This document shows positions 1 through 9,266 of a DNA stretch of 64,000 bases, piece by piece. Positions within the stretch are counted from its first letter, which is position 1. Every line of letters starts with the position of its first letter. This stretch comes from Candidatus Omnitrophota bacterium (GTDB lineage Bacteria; Omnitrophota; Gorgyraeia; B26-G9). The notes under the pieces are model-generated. The model had not been told where the DNA came from, did not search any database, and was given only the letters and a program-made list of their open reading frames with translations. The stretch lies in NCBI GenBank assembly GCA_043826565.1, contig JBDRPX010000004.1, positions 10,232-74,231 of the forward strand. The letters are read 5' to 3'. The position numbers were made by a program, and so were the translations under genes.

Positions 1-555
1 AATATCGGCGGCGGACTGGGCATTACTTACAGCGATGAAAGACCGCAGACAGCGCAGGATTATGCCCGGGCAATTATCCCGATATTAAAAGGCCGGAAGC
101 TAAAACTCATTTTAGAACCGGGAAGATTTATTGCCGGTAATGCCGGGATTCTGGTGACTAAGGTTGTTTATGTCAAAGATACTCCGGCAAAGAGGTTCAT
201 TATTGTCGATGCGGCAATGAATGACTTGATCCGGCCTGCGTTTTATGATGCACACCATGATATTTTGCCAGTGAAGGCTGACAAAAAAAGCAGATTAAAA
301 AAAGCGGACGTAGTGGGCGCGATTTGTGAAAGCGGTGATTTTATCGCTAAAGATAGGCGTCTGCCGTGCGATTTAAAGCAAAAAGATTTACTTGCTGTTA
401 TGAGTGCCGGAGCTTATGGTTTTACTATGTCGAGTAACTATAATAGCCGGCGCAGAGCTGCTGAAGTGTTAGTTAAGGGGAATCGGTGTTGGATAATTAC
501 CAAAAGAGAGACCTATGCTGATCTGGTGAAAAATGAGGTTGTGGTTAACTTATAA
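1..555 (+). CDS. lysA: Diaminopimelate decarboxylase, 5'-truncated by window edge
   Basis: Frame open from base 1 (NIGGGLG...EPGRF, GAICESGD, GAYGFTMSSNYN); directly upstream of dapF/dapA/dapB. Confidence 0.95.
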   Translation, partial: NIGGGLGITYSDERPQTAQDYARAIIPILKGRKLKLILEPGRFIAGNAGILVTKVVYVKDTPAKRFIIVDAAMNDLIRPAFYDAHHDILPVKADKKSRLKKADVVGAICESGDFIAKDRRLPCDLKQKDLLAVMSAGAYGFTMSSNYNSRRRAAEVLVKGNRCWIITKRETYADLVKNEVVVNL

Positions 556-564
556 GGAGTGTAT

Positions 565-1449
565 ATGAAGAAGGCTCTAGTGAAAATAAAGCAGACAAAA
601 AAAGTTAACGTTAAAAAGGCAAAATCTGTCAAACGTAAGGTCATCAGAAAAAGAAAATTTGATTTCACTAAAATGGTTGCTTCCGGCAATGACTTCATTG
701 TTTTTGATAATCGGCGTTCCGGTTTGAAAAACGGAACTGAATTGGCGGCAGCTTTATGTAATAGGGTTGAAGCTATTGGCGCGGATGGGTTGATCTTTAT
801 TGAAAAATCCCGGAAAGCTGATTTTAAAATGCGGATATTTAATCCTGACGGTTCGGAAGCGGAGATGTGCGGTAATGGTATGCGGTGCGCGGCGCTTTAT
901 AAGGGGAAAAAGAGTGCGACGGTGGAAACTTTAGCCGGGATTTTAAAGGCAGAATTAAAAGATGACGCGATTAAAGTTAAAATGACACCGCCTAAAGATA
1001 TGCAGTTAAACATGAATCTTAATATTAATGGGCGGATGTATCCGGTAAATTTTGTTAATACCGGAGTTCCGCATGCGATCTATTTTGTCGAAGACCTGGA
1101 ATTGGCGAAAGTTCTCCTGTTGGGAAGGCTTATTCGTTATCACCGGGAATTTCATCCGGAGGGAACTAATGTTGATTTTGTTTCCATAGTTGATCAAGAG
1201 AATCTGGCAATCCGTACGTATGAGCGCGGGGTAGAAGCGGAAACATTAGCCTGCGGAACCGGTTCGGTTGCCTCGGCTTTGATCCATCACCATAAATTTA
1301 TTAGTACCCCGGGCAGTTTTAAAATTAATATCACGACAAAAAGCGGGGAAGTATTGAAAATATATTTTACTTATACCGGAAGTGAGTATGAGGATGTCTG
1401 GATGGAAGGCCCGGCGAGGGTTGTGTATGAGGGAGAGTGTTATGTTTAG
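565..1449 (+). CDS. dapF: Diaminopimelate epimerase with Lys/Arg-rich N-terminal extension
   Basis: GNDF, EMCGNG, NTGVPH, ERGVEAETLACGTG motifs; AAGGAG SD just before GTG559/ATG565. Confidence 0.93.
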   Translation: MKKALVKIKQTKKVNVKKAKSVKRKVIRKRKFDFTKMVASGNDFIVFDNRRSGLKNGTELAAALCNRVEAIGADGLIFIEKSRKADFKMRIFNPDGSEAEMCGNGMRCAALYKGKKSATVETLAGILKAELKDDAIKVKMTPPKDMQLNMNLNINGRMYPVNFVNTGVPHAIYFVEDLELAKVLLLGRLIRYHREFHPEGTNVDFVSIVDQENLAIRTYERGVEAETLACGTGSVASALIHHHKFISTPGSFKINITTKSGEVLKIYFTYTGSEYEDVWMEGPARVVYEGECYV

Positions 1450-2332
1450 AGGATCAATGGTTGCGATTGTTACACCGTTTAAAGACGGCCGTCTTGATGA
1501 GGATAAACTTAAAGAACTTGTGGAATTTCATATTAAAAACAAAACCAGCGCGATTGTTCCCTGCGGGACAACCGGAGAGTCGGCGACATTGTCATTGGCC
1601 GAACATGAGCGGGTAATTGAACTGGTTGTAAAAACAGCAGGTGGAAAAGTTCCGGTTATTGCCGGTACCGGTTCAAATAATACCACGGAAGCTATTCGTT
1701 TAACTAAACATGCCAAAGAAGCCGGAGCGGATGGGTCTCTGCTGATCACGCCTTATTATAATAAGCCGACACAGCAGGGATTATATTTGCATTTTAAGGA
1801 AATTGCCGATAGTGTGGATATTCCGATTGTTTTATATAATATTGCCGGAAGAACAGCGGTTAATATGCTGCCGGAAACGATTGCCCGGCTGGCTTGTGAT
1901 TGTAAAAATATTATAGCGGTAAAAGAAGCCTCGGGGAATTTAGAGCAAATGGCGAGAATAAAGATGTTGTGCCCTAAGGATTTTGCTTTGATTTCCGGTG
2001 ATGATGCTTTGCTTTTGCCGGTTTTATCGATCGGAGGAATAGGAATTATTTCTGTGCTTGCTAATATCGTACCCCAGGATGTGGCTAAAGTAATTGAGGA
2101 ATTTGAAAAAGGTAATCTTAAAAAAGCGCAGGAAGTATATTACAAATTACTGCCTTTGATCAAAGCTATGTTTGTGGAAACAAACCCGATTCCCGTTAAG
2201 ACAGCAATGGGGCTTTTAGGGATGATAGCGCCGGAACTTCGACTGCCGTTGTGTCCTTTAGCTGAAGAATCTTTAGCTGAACTTAAAGAAGCTCTTCTTG
2301 TGTATGGATTATTGAAAGGGAAGAAAAAATGA
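1442..2332 (+). CDS. dapA: 4-hydroxy-tetrahydrodipicolinate synthase
   Basis: GTTGE, PYYNKP, YNIAGRT, KEASG, ETNPIPVK motifs; ATG1442 overlaps the end of dapF. Confidence 0.96.
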   Translation: MFRGSMVAIVTPFKDGRLDEDKLKELVEFHIKNKTSAIVPCGTTGESATLSLAEHERVIELVVKTAGGKVPVIAGTGSNNTTEAIRLTKHAKEAGADGSLLITPYYNKPTQQGLYLHFKEIADSVDIPIVLYNIAGRTAVNMLPETIARLACDCKNIIAVKEASGNLEQMARIKMLCPKDFALISGDDALLLPVLSIGGIGIISVLANIVPQDVAKVIEEFEKGNLKKAQEVYYKLLPLIKAMFVETNPIPVKTAMGLLGMIAPELRLPLCPLAEESLAELKEALLVYGLLKGKKK

Positions 2333-3042
2333 TTAGGTTAGGAGTCATCGGTTGCTGCGGAAAAATGGGTAAAAGAATTATGTCATTAGCCCAAGCTGAC
2401 AATATCCTTGAGGTTTGTATTGGACTTGAGATAAAGAATTCACCAACTATTGGTACGGTTCTTTGTGGGATTAAAGTAACCGATGATATTAGCCAAATAA
2501 AGCAGGTTGATGTGATTATCGATTTTACTCCGATGGTGGATAAAAAGGCCTTGCTTGATCTTGCTTGTGAGTATAATAAAGCTGTGGTGATTGGTACAAC
2601 AGGTTTAAACAAAGAGCAGGTTCAGGTAATTGCCGATGCTGCCAAACAGATTGCAATTGTTTATTCGCCAAATATGTCAGTTGGTGTCAATGTTATGTTT
2701 GAACTGGTTAAACAAGCAGCAGCTAAGCTTAAGGATTATAAAGTTAAAATAATTGAAGCGCATCATATTCATAAGAAAGATGCTCCCAGTGGTACTGCAA
2801 AACAATTTGCTCATTTAATTGAGTCTGTGACTAATAAAGCGGTTACAGATATTGAAGCTATTCGTGAGGGTGAAATTGTCGGTGATCACAAGATCATACT
2901 TGAAAGCGATGTGGATACTATCGAATTAAGCCACCATGCAAAAACTAGAGATATTTTTGTTAAAGGAGCTCTGGAAGCCGCCCGATGGGTTGCGGATAAA
3001 CCCGTTGGCTTATATAATATGCAGGATGTGTTGGGGAAATAG
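2329..3042 (+). CDS. dapB: 4-hydroxy-tetrahydrodipicolinate reductase
   Basis: GCCGKMG, GTTG and EAHHIHKKDAPSGTA motifs. Confidence 0.96.
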   Translation: MIRLGVIGCCGKMGKRIMSLAQADNILEVCIGLEIKNSPTIGTVLCGIKVTDDISQIKQVDVIIDFTPMVDKKALLDLACEYNKAVVIGTTGLNKEQVQVIADAAKQIAIVYSPNMSVGVNVMFELVKQAAAKLKDYKVKIIEAHHIHKKDAPSGTAKQFAHLIESVTNKAVTDIEAIREGEIVGDHKIILESDVDTIELSHHAKTRDIFVKGALEAARWVADKPVGLYNMQDVLGK

Positions 3043-3050
3043 TAAAATTA

Positions 3051-3254
3051 ATTCAAAAGTCAAAGACCAAAAGTCAAAAATACAAATCAAAATTAAAAAG
3101 TTAAAAATAATATAACAGAATATATTGACAAAATTGAAAATAATCAAAAGTTGGATTCTATTAATAAGTGAACTGTTTGTTGATGATAGAATGCTTTAAA
3201 AATATTTCTTTAAATAATACAAATATATATTTTTGATTTTTGAATTTTGATTTC
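3051..3254. repeat. Intergenic element with inverted 7-nt-periodic arms (CAAAAGT-like / TTTTGA-like)
   Basis: A-rich left arm caaaagt-caaagac-caaaagt-caaaaat; T-rich right arm ttttga-tttttga-attttga. Confidence 0.7.
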
Positions 3255-3289
3255 ACAGTGTTGTGAAGAAAGGAAGGATGATTTAGTAT

Positions 3290-4450
3290 ATGGAGATTAA
3301 GACCGCGAAGACATTACAGCAATTACCGCCCTATCTTTTTGTCGAAATCGATAAAGCAAAACGCAAGGCCAGACAGGCGGGAAAGGATCTTATAGATTTG
3401 GGTATCGGAGATCCGGATATCCCAACGCCGAAACATATAATCGAAGCATTGTATCGGGCCGCGAAAAACCCTTTAAATCACCGCTATGCCATGGATGCCG
3501 GCATGCCGGCTTTTAGAGAAGAAATTGCCACATGGTATAATAACCGTTTTAAAGTTAAACTTGACCCAATTAATGAAATATTGCCTTTGCTGGGATCGAA
3601 GGAGGGTATTGCCCATACTCCATTCGCGTTTTTAAATAAAAACGATGTTACGCTTGTGCCGGACCCGGGTTATCCGCCGTATAGTAATGCTACTATTTTG
3701 GCCGGAGGTATTCCGTATCGGATGCCTTTACTGCAGGAAAACGATTTTTTGCCGGATTTGAAAAAGATACCGGCTGCGGTATTAAAAAAGGCAAAACTTA
3801 TATTCCTGAATTATCCGAATAATCCGACCGCGGCATTGGCCCCCAAACAGTTTTTACAGGATGTGATTAAATTCGCGAAGAAAAATAAAATCATTATATG
3901 TTTTGATATGGCTTATTCGGAAATGTCCTATGACAATTATCGCGCTCCTTCGATATTAGAATTAAGCGGAGCAAAAGAGGTTGCCGTAGAATTCCATTCT
4001 CTTTCTAAAACGTTTAATATGACCGGCTGGAGAGTGGGCTGGGTTTGTGGAAATAAAGATGTAGTTGCCGCAATAGCCAAGATCAAATCAAATGTGGATT
4101 CCGGGATTTTTCAGGCTGTGCAATTGGCGGGAATTGCCGCGTTGAAATCACCGCGGAGTTTTTATGAAGGAATGTCCAAAATTTATCAACAGAGAAGAGA
4201 TATCCTTGTTACTGGCTTATCAAAGATTGGTTTTGAAGTAAAGGCCCCAAAAGCAACTTTTTATGTTTGGACTAAAATTCCATCCGGGAAAAACTCTATA
4301 GAATTTTCTAATCATTTGATGCAGAATGCGGATATCGTTGTTACTCCCGGAGTAGGTTTTGGAAAGTCCGGAGAAGGATATATAAGGTTCGCGCTTACGC
4401 AAAACAAAACCAGGATAAAGGAAGCTGTTGAGCGTTTGGCTGTTCTATGA
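3290..4450 (+). CDS. dapL: LL-diaminopimelate aminotransferase (class I PLP aminotransferase)
   Basis: LPPYLF, LGIGDPD, GSKEG, NYPNNPT, SLSKTFNMTGWRVG motifs; located in the dap cluster. Confidence 0.88.
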   Translation: MEIKTAKTLQQLPPYLFVEIDKAKRKARQAGKDLIDLGIGDPDIPTPKHIIEALYRAAKNPLNHRYAMDAGMPAFREEIATWYNNRFKVKLDPINEILPLLGSKEGIAHTPFAFLNKNDVTLVPDPGYPPYSNATILAGGIPYRMPLLQENDFLPDLKKIPAAVLKKAKLIFLNYPNNPTAALAPKQFLQDVIKFAKKNKIIICFDMAYSEMSYDNYRAPSILELSGAKEVAVEFHSLSKTFNMTGWRVGWVCGNKDVVAAIAKIKSNVDSGIFQAVQLAGIAALKSPRSFYEGMSKIYQQRRDILVTGLSKIGFEVKAPKATFYVWTKIPSGKNSIEFSNHLMQNADIVVTPGVGFGKSGEGYIRFALTQNKTRIKEAVERLAVL

Positions 4451-4923
4451 AGCGTTGTTGGCAAAAAACTTATTTAGGCATAGGTTCAAATTTAGGAGAT
4501 AGAAAAAGCAATATTGAACTTGCTCTTTCTCTGCTTTGCGGAGAAAAAGATGTTCGTATCCTGGGGATATCTTCCCTATATGAAACCGAACCTGTCGGAG
4601 GCCCTGATCAGGGAATGTTTTTGAATGGAGCGGTTTGTATTCTTACTGATCTGCATCCGAATAAATTACTGAAAGTTTTAAAAGCAATAGAGTCTGATAT
4701 GGGGAGAAAACTAAATTCTCTTAAATGGAGTCCCCGGATTATAGATTTGGATATACTTTTTTATGGAGATTTGATCTATAAGTGTAGAGATCTTAAGATT
4801 CCCCACCCTTTGATGCATAAAAGAAAGTTTGTATTAATGCCCATGGCTGATCTGTCACCGCTTAAGAAACATCCGATTTTAAAAAAGACAATAAAAAAAA
4901 TGCTCAAGGAGTTTAAATCGTGA
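4447..4923 (+). CDS. folK: 2-amino-4-hydroxy-6-hydroxymethyldihydropteridine pyrophosphokinase
   Basis: YLGIGSNLGDR, FLNGA, PRIIDLDIL, IPHP motifs. Confidence 0.95.
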   Translation: MKRCWQKTYLGIGSNLGDRKSNIELALSLLCGEKDVRILGISSLYETEPVGGPDQGMFLNGAVCILTDLHPNKLLKVLKAIESDMGRKLNSLKWSPRIIDLDILFYGDLIYKCRDLKIPHPLMHKRKFVLMPMADLSPLKKHPILKKTIKKMLKEFKS

Positions 4924-5162
4924 GAAGAATCTACCGGAATAATAATGAGAGAGTGATTGCCGGGATATGTTCGGGGTTGGCTGAGGCATATAAGATTGAT
5001 CCGCTGGTCTTTAGAATGATTTTTGTAAGTACGGGTATTTTTTTCGGGTCCGGAGGCATTATATATGTAATGCTATGGGCTTTATTGCCGAGAAAGAAGG
5101 AAGAACAAAATGAAGTTGATTCGCAGCGTCCTCCGGATGCAGAATCTGAGCAAAAAGCTTAG
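4920..5162 (+). CDS. PspC-domain small membrane protein
   Basis: RIYR...IAGICSGLAE..IDP..R followed by one hydrophobic segment. Confidence 0.8.
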   Translation: MRRIYRNNNERVIAGICSGLAEAYKIDPLVFRMIFVSTGIFFGSGGIIYVMLWALLPRKKEEQNEVDSQRPPDAESEQKA

Positions 5163-5988
5163 ACAAAAGGGGAAAACTATAGGGTTTGTCCCGACTATGG
5201 GATATTTACATCAAGGGCATCTTTCTTTAGTCCGGCAGTCGGTTAAGGATGCTGATGTCACGGTGATGAGCATCTATGTAAACCCTCTGCAGTTTGGGCC
5301 GAAAGAAGATTTTAAGCTGTATCCCCGTGATATTAAAAGTGATATGAAACTTGCCAGGAGTTCCGGAGTAGACTATGTTTTTATTCCTTCTGATCAGGAT
5401 ATGTATGCTGAAAAGTATCTTACGACAGTGGAAGTTAATGAGATCAGCGGACGGATGTGCGGAGCTTCCCGGCCGGGTCATTTTAAAGGAGTTACCACAG
5501 TAGTAAGTAAGCTTTTTAACATTGTTTTGCCGGATATCGCGTATTTTGGTCAAAAAGATGCCCAGCAGGCTGTTATTATAGGGAAAATGGTTAAGGATCT
5601 AAATATGCCGGTCAAGGTAAAAGTCTTGCCGATTATTCGTGAGCCTGATGGTTTGGCCAAAAGTTCCCGTAATATTTATCTGAGCCCGGGGCAGAGGAAG
5701 GACGCGGCAGTATTATTTCAAGCTTTGCAGATCGCCCGCAAAATGATCATTGAGGGAGAGCGGAATCCCGGAAAAGTTATTTTAAGAATGAAAAGATTGA
5801 TTTCTCAGACGGAGTCTGTTACAATAAACTACATTGTAATCGCAGGAGCTGATGATCTGCTGCCGGGAAAAAAGATATCCGGAAGAACATTAATAGCTTT
5901 GGCGGTGTTTATCGGCAAGGTAAGATTGATTGATAATATAGTAATTAAAGTCAAAAGTCAAAAGTCAAAAATCAAAATTACAAGTTAA
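5110..5988 (+). CDS. panC: Pantoate--beta-alanine ligase
   Basis: VPTMGYLHQGH, RPGHF, FGQKDAQQ, SSRN, RLIDN motifs. Confidence 0.96.
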   Translation: MKLIRSVLRMQNLSKKLRQKGKTIGFVPTMGYLHQGHLSLVRQSVKDADVTVMSIYVNPLQFGPKEDFKLYPRDIKSDMKLARSSGVDYVFIPSDQDMYAEKYLTTVEVNEISGRMCGASRPGHFKGVTTVVSKLFNIVLPDIAYFGQKDAQQAVIIGKMVKDLNMPVKVKVLPIIREPDGLAKSSRNIYLSPGQRKDAAVLFQALQIARKMIIEGERNPGKVILRMKRLISQTESVTINYIVIAGADDLLPGKKISGRTLIALAVFIGKVRLIDNIVIKVKSQKSKIKITS

Positions 5989-6075
5989 AATTCAAAATGA
6001 AAAAGAGAATAGTTTTATAGTTGTTGTTTTTGAGTTGAACTTATGGGTTTTGACTTTTGAATTTTTAATTTTTTG
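5947..6075. repeat. Inverted 7-nt-periodic arm element overlapping the panC 3' end
   Basis: Left arm caaaagt-caaaagt-caaaaat-caaaatt; right arm gttttga-cttttga-attttta. Confidence 0.75.
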
Positions 6076-6091
6076 AAGAGGGGTGAAAAGA

Positions 6092-6448
6092 ATGCTACGT
6101 ATAATTTGTAAATCTAAAATCCATAGAGCAACTGTTACTGATGCTAATCTTCAGTATATGGGAAGTATTACTATTGATAAAGATTTACTTGAAGCCGCGG
6201 ATATATATCCTAACGAACGTGTTCAGGTAGTTAATCTGAATAACGGCTCTCGTGTGGAAACCTATGTTATGGAAGGTCCGGCCGGTTCCGGAGTTGTTTG
6301 TATGAACGGTGCCGCAGCTCGCTGGGCACAACCGCAGGATAAAGTTATTATTATAACTTATTGTCTTTTGGATTCCCAAGAAGCTAAGGATCATGCGGCA
6401 AAAATAGTTTTTGTAAATGATGATAATAAGATAACCAAAACTAAGTGA
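6092..6448 (+). CDS. panD: Aspartate 1-decarboxylase
   Basis: [18 protein letters not shown] autocleavage site, NGAAAR. Confidence 0.96.
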   Translation: MLRIICKSKIHRATVTDANLQYMGSITIDKDLLEAADIYPNERVQVVNLNNGSRVETYVMEGPAGSGVVCMNGAAARWAQPQDKVIIITYCLLDSQEAKDHAAKIVFVNDDNKITKTK

Positions 6449-6457
6449 TGATTTTTT

Positions 6458-7405
6458 ATGAATATAGATAATAGAACTGAAGACGATAAGCGATATATCA
6501 GTGATTTAAAGAAGAAGATTTCTGAACTTAAGAAAAAAAGAAAAGCTGTAATCATTGCGCACAATTATCAGCGTCCGGAAGTACAGCAGGTGGCTGATAT
6601 TACCGGAGATTCTTTGGAATTAAGCCGTGGGGTTACTCAAGTAGACGCGAAAACTGTAATTTTTTGCGGGGTGCATTTTATGGCTGAAACAGCATCTATA
6701 CTTAATCCGAAAAAAAAGATACTTCTCCCGGTAAAGGAATCAGGTTGTCCGATGGCCGATATGATTAATCTCAAAGAGCTGCGAAAGCTGAAAAAAGCGC
6801 ATCCCGGAGTGCCGGTTGTTTGTTATGTGAATTCCTCCGCGGAAGTCAAAGCGGAAAGTGATATTGCCTGTACTTCCAGTAACGCCGTGCAAATAGTCGA
6901 TTCCCTCCCGGAGAAGCAGGTTATTTTTGTTCCGGATAGGAATCTGGGTTCTTATATACAGTCTCAATTACCGCATAAAAAAATTATTCTTTGGGAAGGA
7001 TTTTGCCCGACGCATATGCGTGTTTCTGAGGAAGAAATAATTGAAGCAAAGCGGAAACATAAAAAAGCGAAATTTATTGCTCATCCGGAATGTCCCGGGA
7101 GGCTTTTGAAACACGCGGATTTTATCGGTTCGACAAGCCAGATGCTGCAATATGTAAAAAAGACACCCAGCCAGGAAATTATTGTCGGTACAGAGCTGGG
7201 GATGATCTATCGTTTTAAACAAGAAGCTCCGCATAAGAAATTCTATTGTCCCAGTGAGCATTTTATCTGCGCGGATATGAAATTAACAACTTTGGGATGG
7301 ATCGCGCATAGTTTGGAAAACATGGTTTATGAAGTCAGAGTTAGTGAGAATGTGAGAAAAGGCGCGAAAAAATCTTTGCAGAGAATGCTTTCCGCGCTTA
7401 AGTAA
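6458..7405 (+). CDS. nadA: Quinolinate synthase
   Basis: AHNYQ, FCGVHFMAE, GCPMA, YVNSSA, AHPEC motifs. Confidence 0.96.
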   Translation: MNIDNRTEDDKRYISDLKKKISELKKKRKAVIIAHNYQRPEVQQVADITGDSLELSRGVTQVDAKTVIFCGVHFMAETASILNPKKKILLPVKESGCPMADMINLKELRKLKKAHPGVPVVCYVNSSAEVKAESDIACTSSNAVQIVDSLPEKQVIFVPDRNLGSYIQSQLPHKKIILWEGFCPTHMRVSEEEIIEAKRKHKKAKFIAHPECPGRLLKHADFIGSTSQMLQYVKKTPSQEIIVGTELGMIYRFKQEAPHKKFYCPSEHFICADMKLTTLGWIAHSLENMVYEVRVSENVRKGAKKSLQRMLSALK

Positions 7406-7420
7406 AAGAAAGAATAGATA

Positions 7421-8227
7421 ATGATTAAAGTTGGTATTGTCGGATGTGGAACGATTGGTTCATATCTTGCTAAAGAAATTTTAAAACGATATAAAGACAG
7501 TGTCCGTTTAATGGGATTTTGTGAGGTCGATGGAAATAAAGTTGCCAAGCTAAACCGTCTGCTCAGAATAAAACTTAATGTATATTCGCTCGAGGATTTA
7601 ACTGAAAAGTGCGATCTGATTATTGAAGCAGCAGTTGGAGAAATTGCTGTGCAGGTTGTCGAAAGCGCGCTTAAGTTTAATAAAGATGTTATGATCATGA
7701 GTGTCGGAGGGTTGCTTAAAGAACCGCAATTATTTAAAAAAGTTAAAAAAAGTAAAATAAAGCTATATATCCCCAGTGGTGCTATTGCGGGACTAGATGC
7801 GCTAAAAGCCGCAGGGATGAGCAAAATAAAAAGTGTTTCGCTGACAACAAAGAAACCGCTGGCAGGTTTGGCTGGCGCGGATTATATCAAAAAGAATAAA
7901 ATTGATTTAAATAAAATCAAAACAGAGAAAGTAATCTTTGAAGGAACTGCGTTTGATGCGGTAGCTGGTTTTCCCAAAAATATAAATGTTGCCGCAGTTT
8001 TAAGCTTAGCCGGGATTGGCGCGAAGAAGACAAGGATTTGTATCATTGCCTCCCGCCAAATAAAAAGAAATACACATACTATTGCAATTGAGGGAGATTT
8101 TGGTAAAATAATATGTTGCACGGAGAACGTGCCGTCAAAGGTAAATCCAAAGACAAGTCAGCTGGCAGTATTGTCTGCGTTGGCAGCATTAGACGGGATC
8201 ATTGATAATATACGAATAGGCAACTAA
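7421..8227 (+). CDS. nadX: L-aspartate dehydrogenase
   Basis: GCGTIG Rossmann motif, PSGAIAGLD, FPKNINVAA, NPKTS; adjacent to nadA. Confidence 0.9.
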   Translation: MIKVGIVGCGTIGSYLAKEILKRYKDSVRLMGFCEVDGNKVAKLNRLLRIKLNVYSLEDLTEKCDLIIEAAVGEIAVQVVESALKFNKDVMIMSVGGLLKEPQLFKKVKKSKIKLYIPSGAIAGLDALKAAGMSKIKSVSLTTKKPLAGLAGADYIKKNKIDLNKIKTEKVIFEGTAFDAVAGFPKNINVAAVLSLAGIGAKKTRICIIASRQIKRNTHTIAIEGDFGKIICCTENVPSKVNPKTSQLAVLSALAALDGIIDNIRIGN

Positions 8228-8245
8228 AGCTTAAGGAGTTTGGTT

Positions 8246-8443
8246 ATGGGTTGTCCGAATATCGAAACAAATATACAAATGTGTAATTGCAGTTATGTTC
8301 CTTGTTCACGCAAAGGAAGATGCTGTGAATGTTTGCATTATCACCGGATGAGAAAAGAGCTTCCCGCGTGTTATTTTAGTAGTAAAACTGAGAGTACATA
8401 CGACCGTTCGATTGAAAACCTCATAAAAGATACGCAGCAGTAA
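8246..8443 (+). CDS. Small Cys-rich protein (DUF6485-like)
   Basis: [21 protein letters not shown]...LPACYF; AAGGAG SD. Confidence 0.7.
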   Translation: MGCPNIETNIQMCNCSYVPCSRKGRCCECLHYHRMRKELPACYFSSKTESTYDRSIENLIKDTQQ

Positions 8444-8481
8444 GGTTGTTAAAAATACAATTTCGGGAGGGAGGTGACAAA

Positions 8482-8715
8482 ATGGCAGATAAGGTTACGA
8501 AAGCTGGAGTAAAAAGAGAAAAAGGTTATCTTTATTATTTAGACAAGCAGGGTGATGTTTCCAGAGCAAAGATGGCTAGAGGCGGTAAAAAAGGCGGCAA
8601 GCCGGAAAAAGTAGTTAAAGCTGGAGTAAAAAGAGAAGATGGGTTTCTTTATTTTATCGATAAAGAAGGAGACATCTCCAGAGCAAAGATGGCTAGACGT
8701 AAAAAGAAAAAATAA
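8482..8715 (+). CDS. Small very basic protein made of two 39-aa repeats
   Basis: GGAGGTG SD; KAGVKRE-x-G-[YF]LY[YF][LI]DK-x-GD[VI]SRAKMAR occurs twice. Confidence 0.85.
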   Translation: MADKVTKAGVKREKGYLYYLDKQGDVSRAKMARGGKKGGKPEKVVKAGVKREDGFLYFIDKEGDISRAKMARRKKKK

Positions 8716-8738
8716 GGTAATTTCTGTTAAATAAATAT

Positions 8739-8777
8739 TATTGGCCCCTGTGAAGATCTCTTTACGGGGGCTCAATA
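8739..8777 (+). terminator. GC-rich hairpin, possible terminator
   Basis: gcccctgtgaag-atct-ctttacgggggc after the operon end; no clear U tract. Confidence 0.4.
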
Positions 8778-8818
8778 GTCATTATAAATATATTATAAAG
8801 CAGTAAAATTTTTTATTT

Positions 8819-8844
8819 GTAGGGGCGGACCCCTGTGTCCGCCC
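8819..8844 (+). repeat. GTAG-type REP-like palindrome
   Basis: GTAG + GGGCGGAC-ccctgt-GTCCGCCC. Confidence 0.7.
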
Positions 8845-8944
8845 AATACTTAAAAATATATTAGGAATATTATTGATGGATTTTTCTGGTTACTGGAAAC
8901 CGGTAACTGGTTTCTTTAAAAAGAGGTGAAAGGAGTAGTTTGTT

Positions 8945-9262
8945 ATGACAGACGATGTAAAACAGGACGCCCACCCTGAGGAAAAACAGGAAGAAGTAAA
9001 AGAAGAAGTAAAAGAAGAAGTAACACCGGAGGTAACTCCGGAAGCAGTGCCGGAAGCGGCAGTGGAAGCGAAAGATAAAAAACCTCCCAAGGTTGAAATA
9101 CCTAAAAATTGCGGTGCATGCAAGAAACCTATTGAAAAAATCAGGTATTATCGCAATATGCAGTTTTTCTGTAATGTGAAGTGCTGGAAAACGTTTAAGA
9201 AAAAGAAGGAATTAGAAAAGAAAAAAGCAGAAGAAGAAAAACAGCAGGAAAAAACAGCTTAA
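8945..9262 (+). CDS. Hypothetical protein: acidic repetitive N-terminus, CxxC...CxxxC putative zinc finger, Lys/Glu-rich tail
   Basis: AAGGAG SD; CGAC...FFCNVKC; 12-nt tandem repeats encoding EEVK/PEVT. Confidence 0.7.
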   Translation: MTDDVKQDAHPEEKQEEVKEEVKEEVTPEVTPEAVPEAAVEAKDKKPPKVEIPKNCGACKKPIEKIRYYRNMQFFCNVKCWKTFKKKKELEKKKAEEEKQQEKTA

Positions 9263-9266
9263 GAAT

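Noticed and set aside
3043-3289. Lysine riboswitch upstream of dapL
   Set aside because: Extremely AT-rich with no recognisable L-box core; explained by the heptamer-arm element
8246-8443. Cys-rich 65-aa protein as the rSAM/SPASM precursor
   Set aside because: Located about 45 kb from the cassette in a housekeeping operon and resembles a widespread metal-binding DUF; nothing links them
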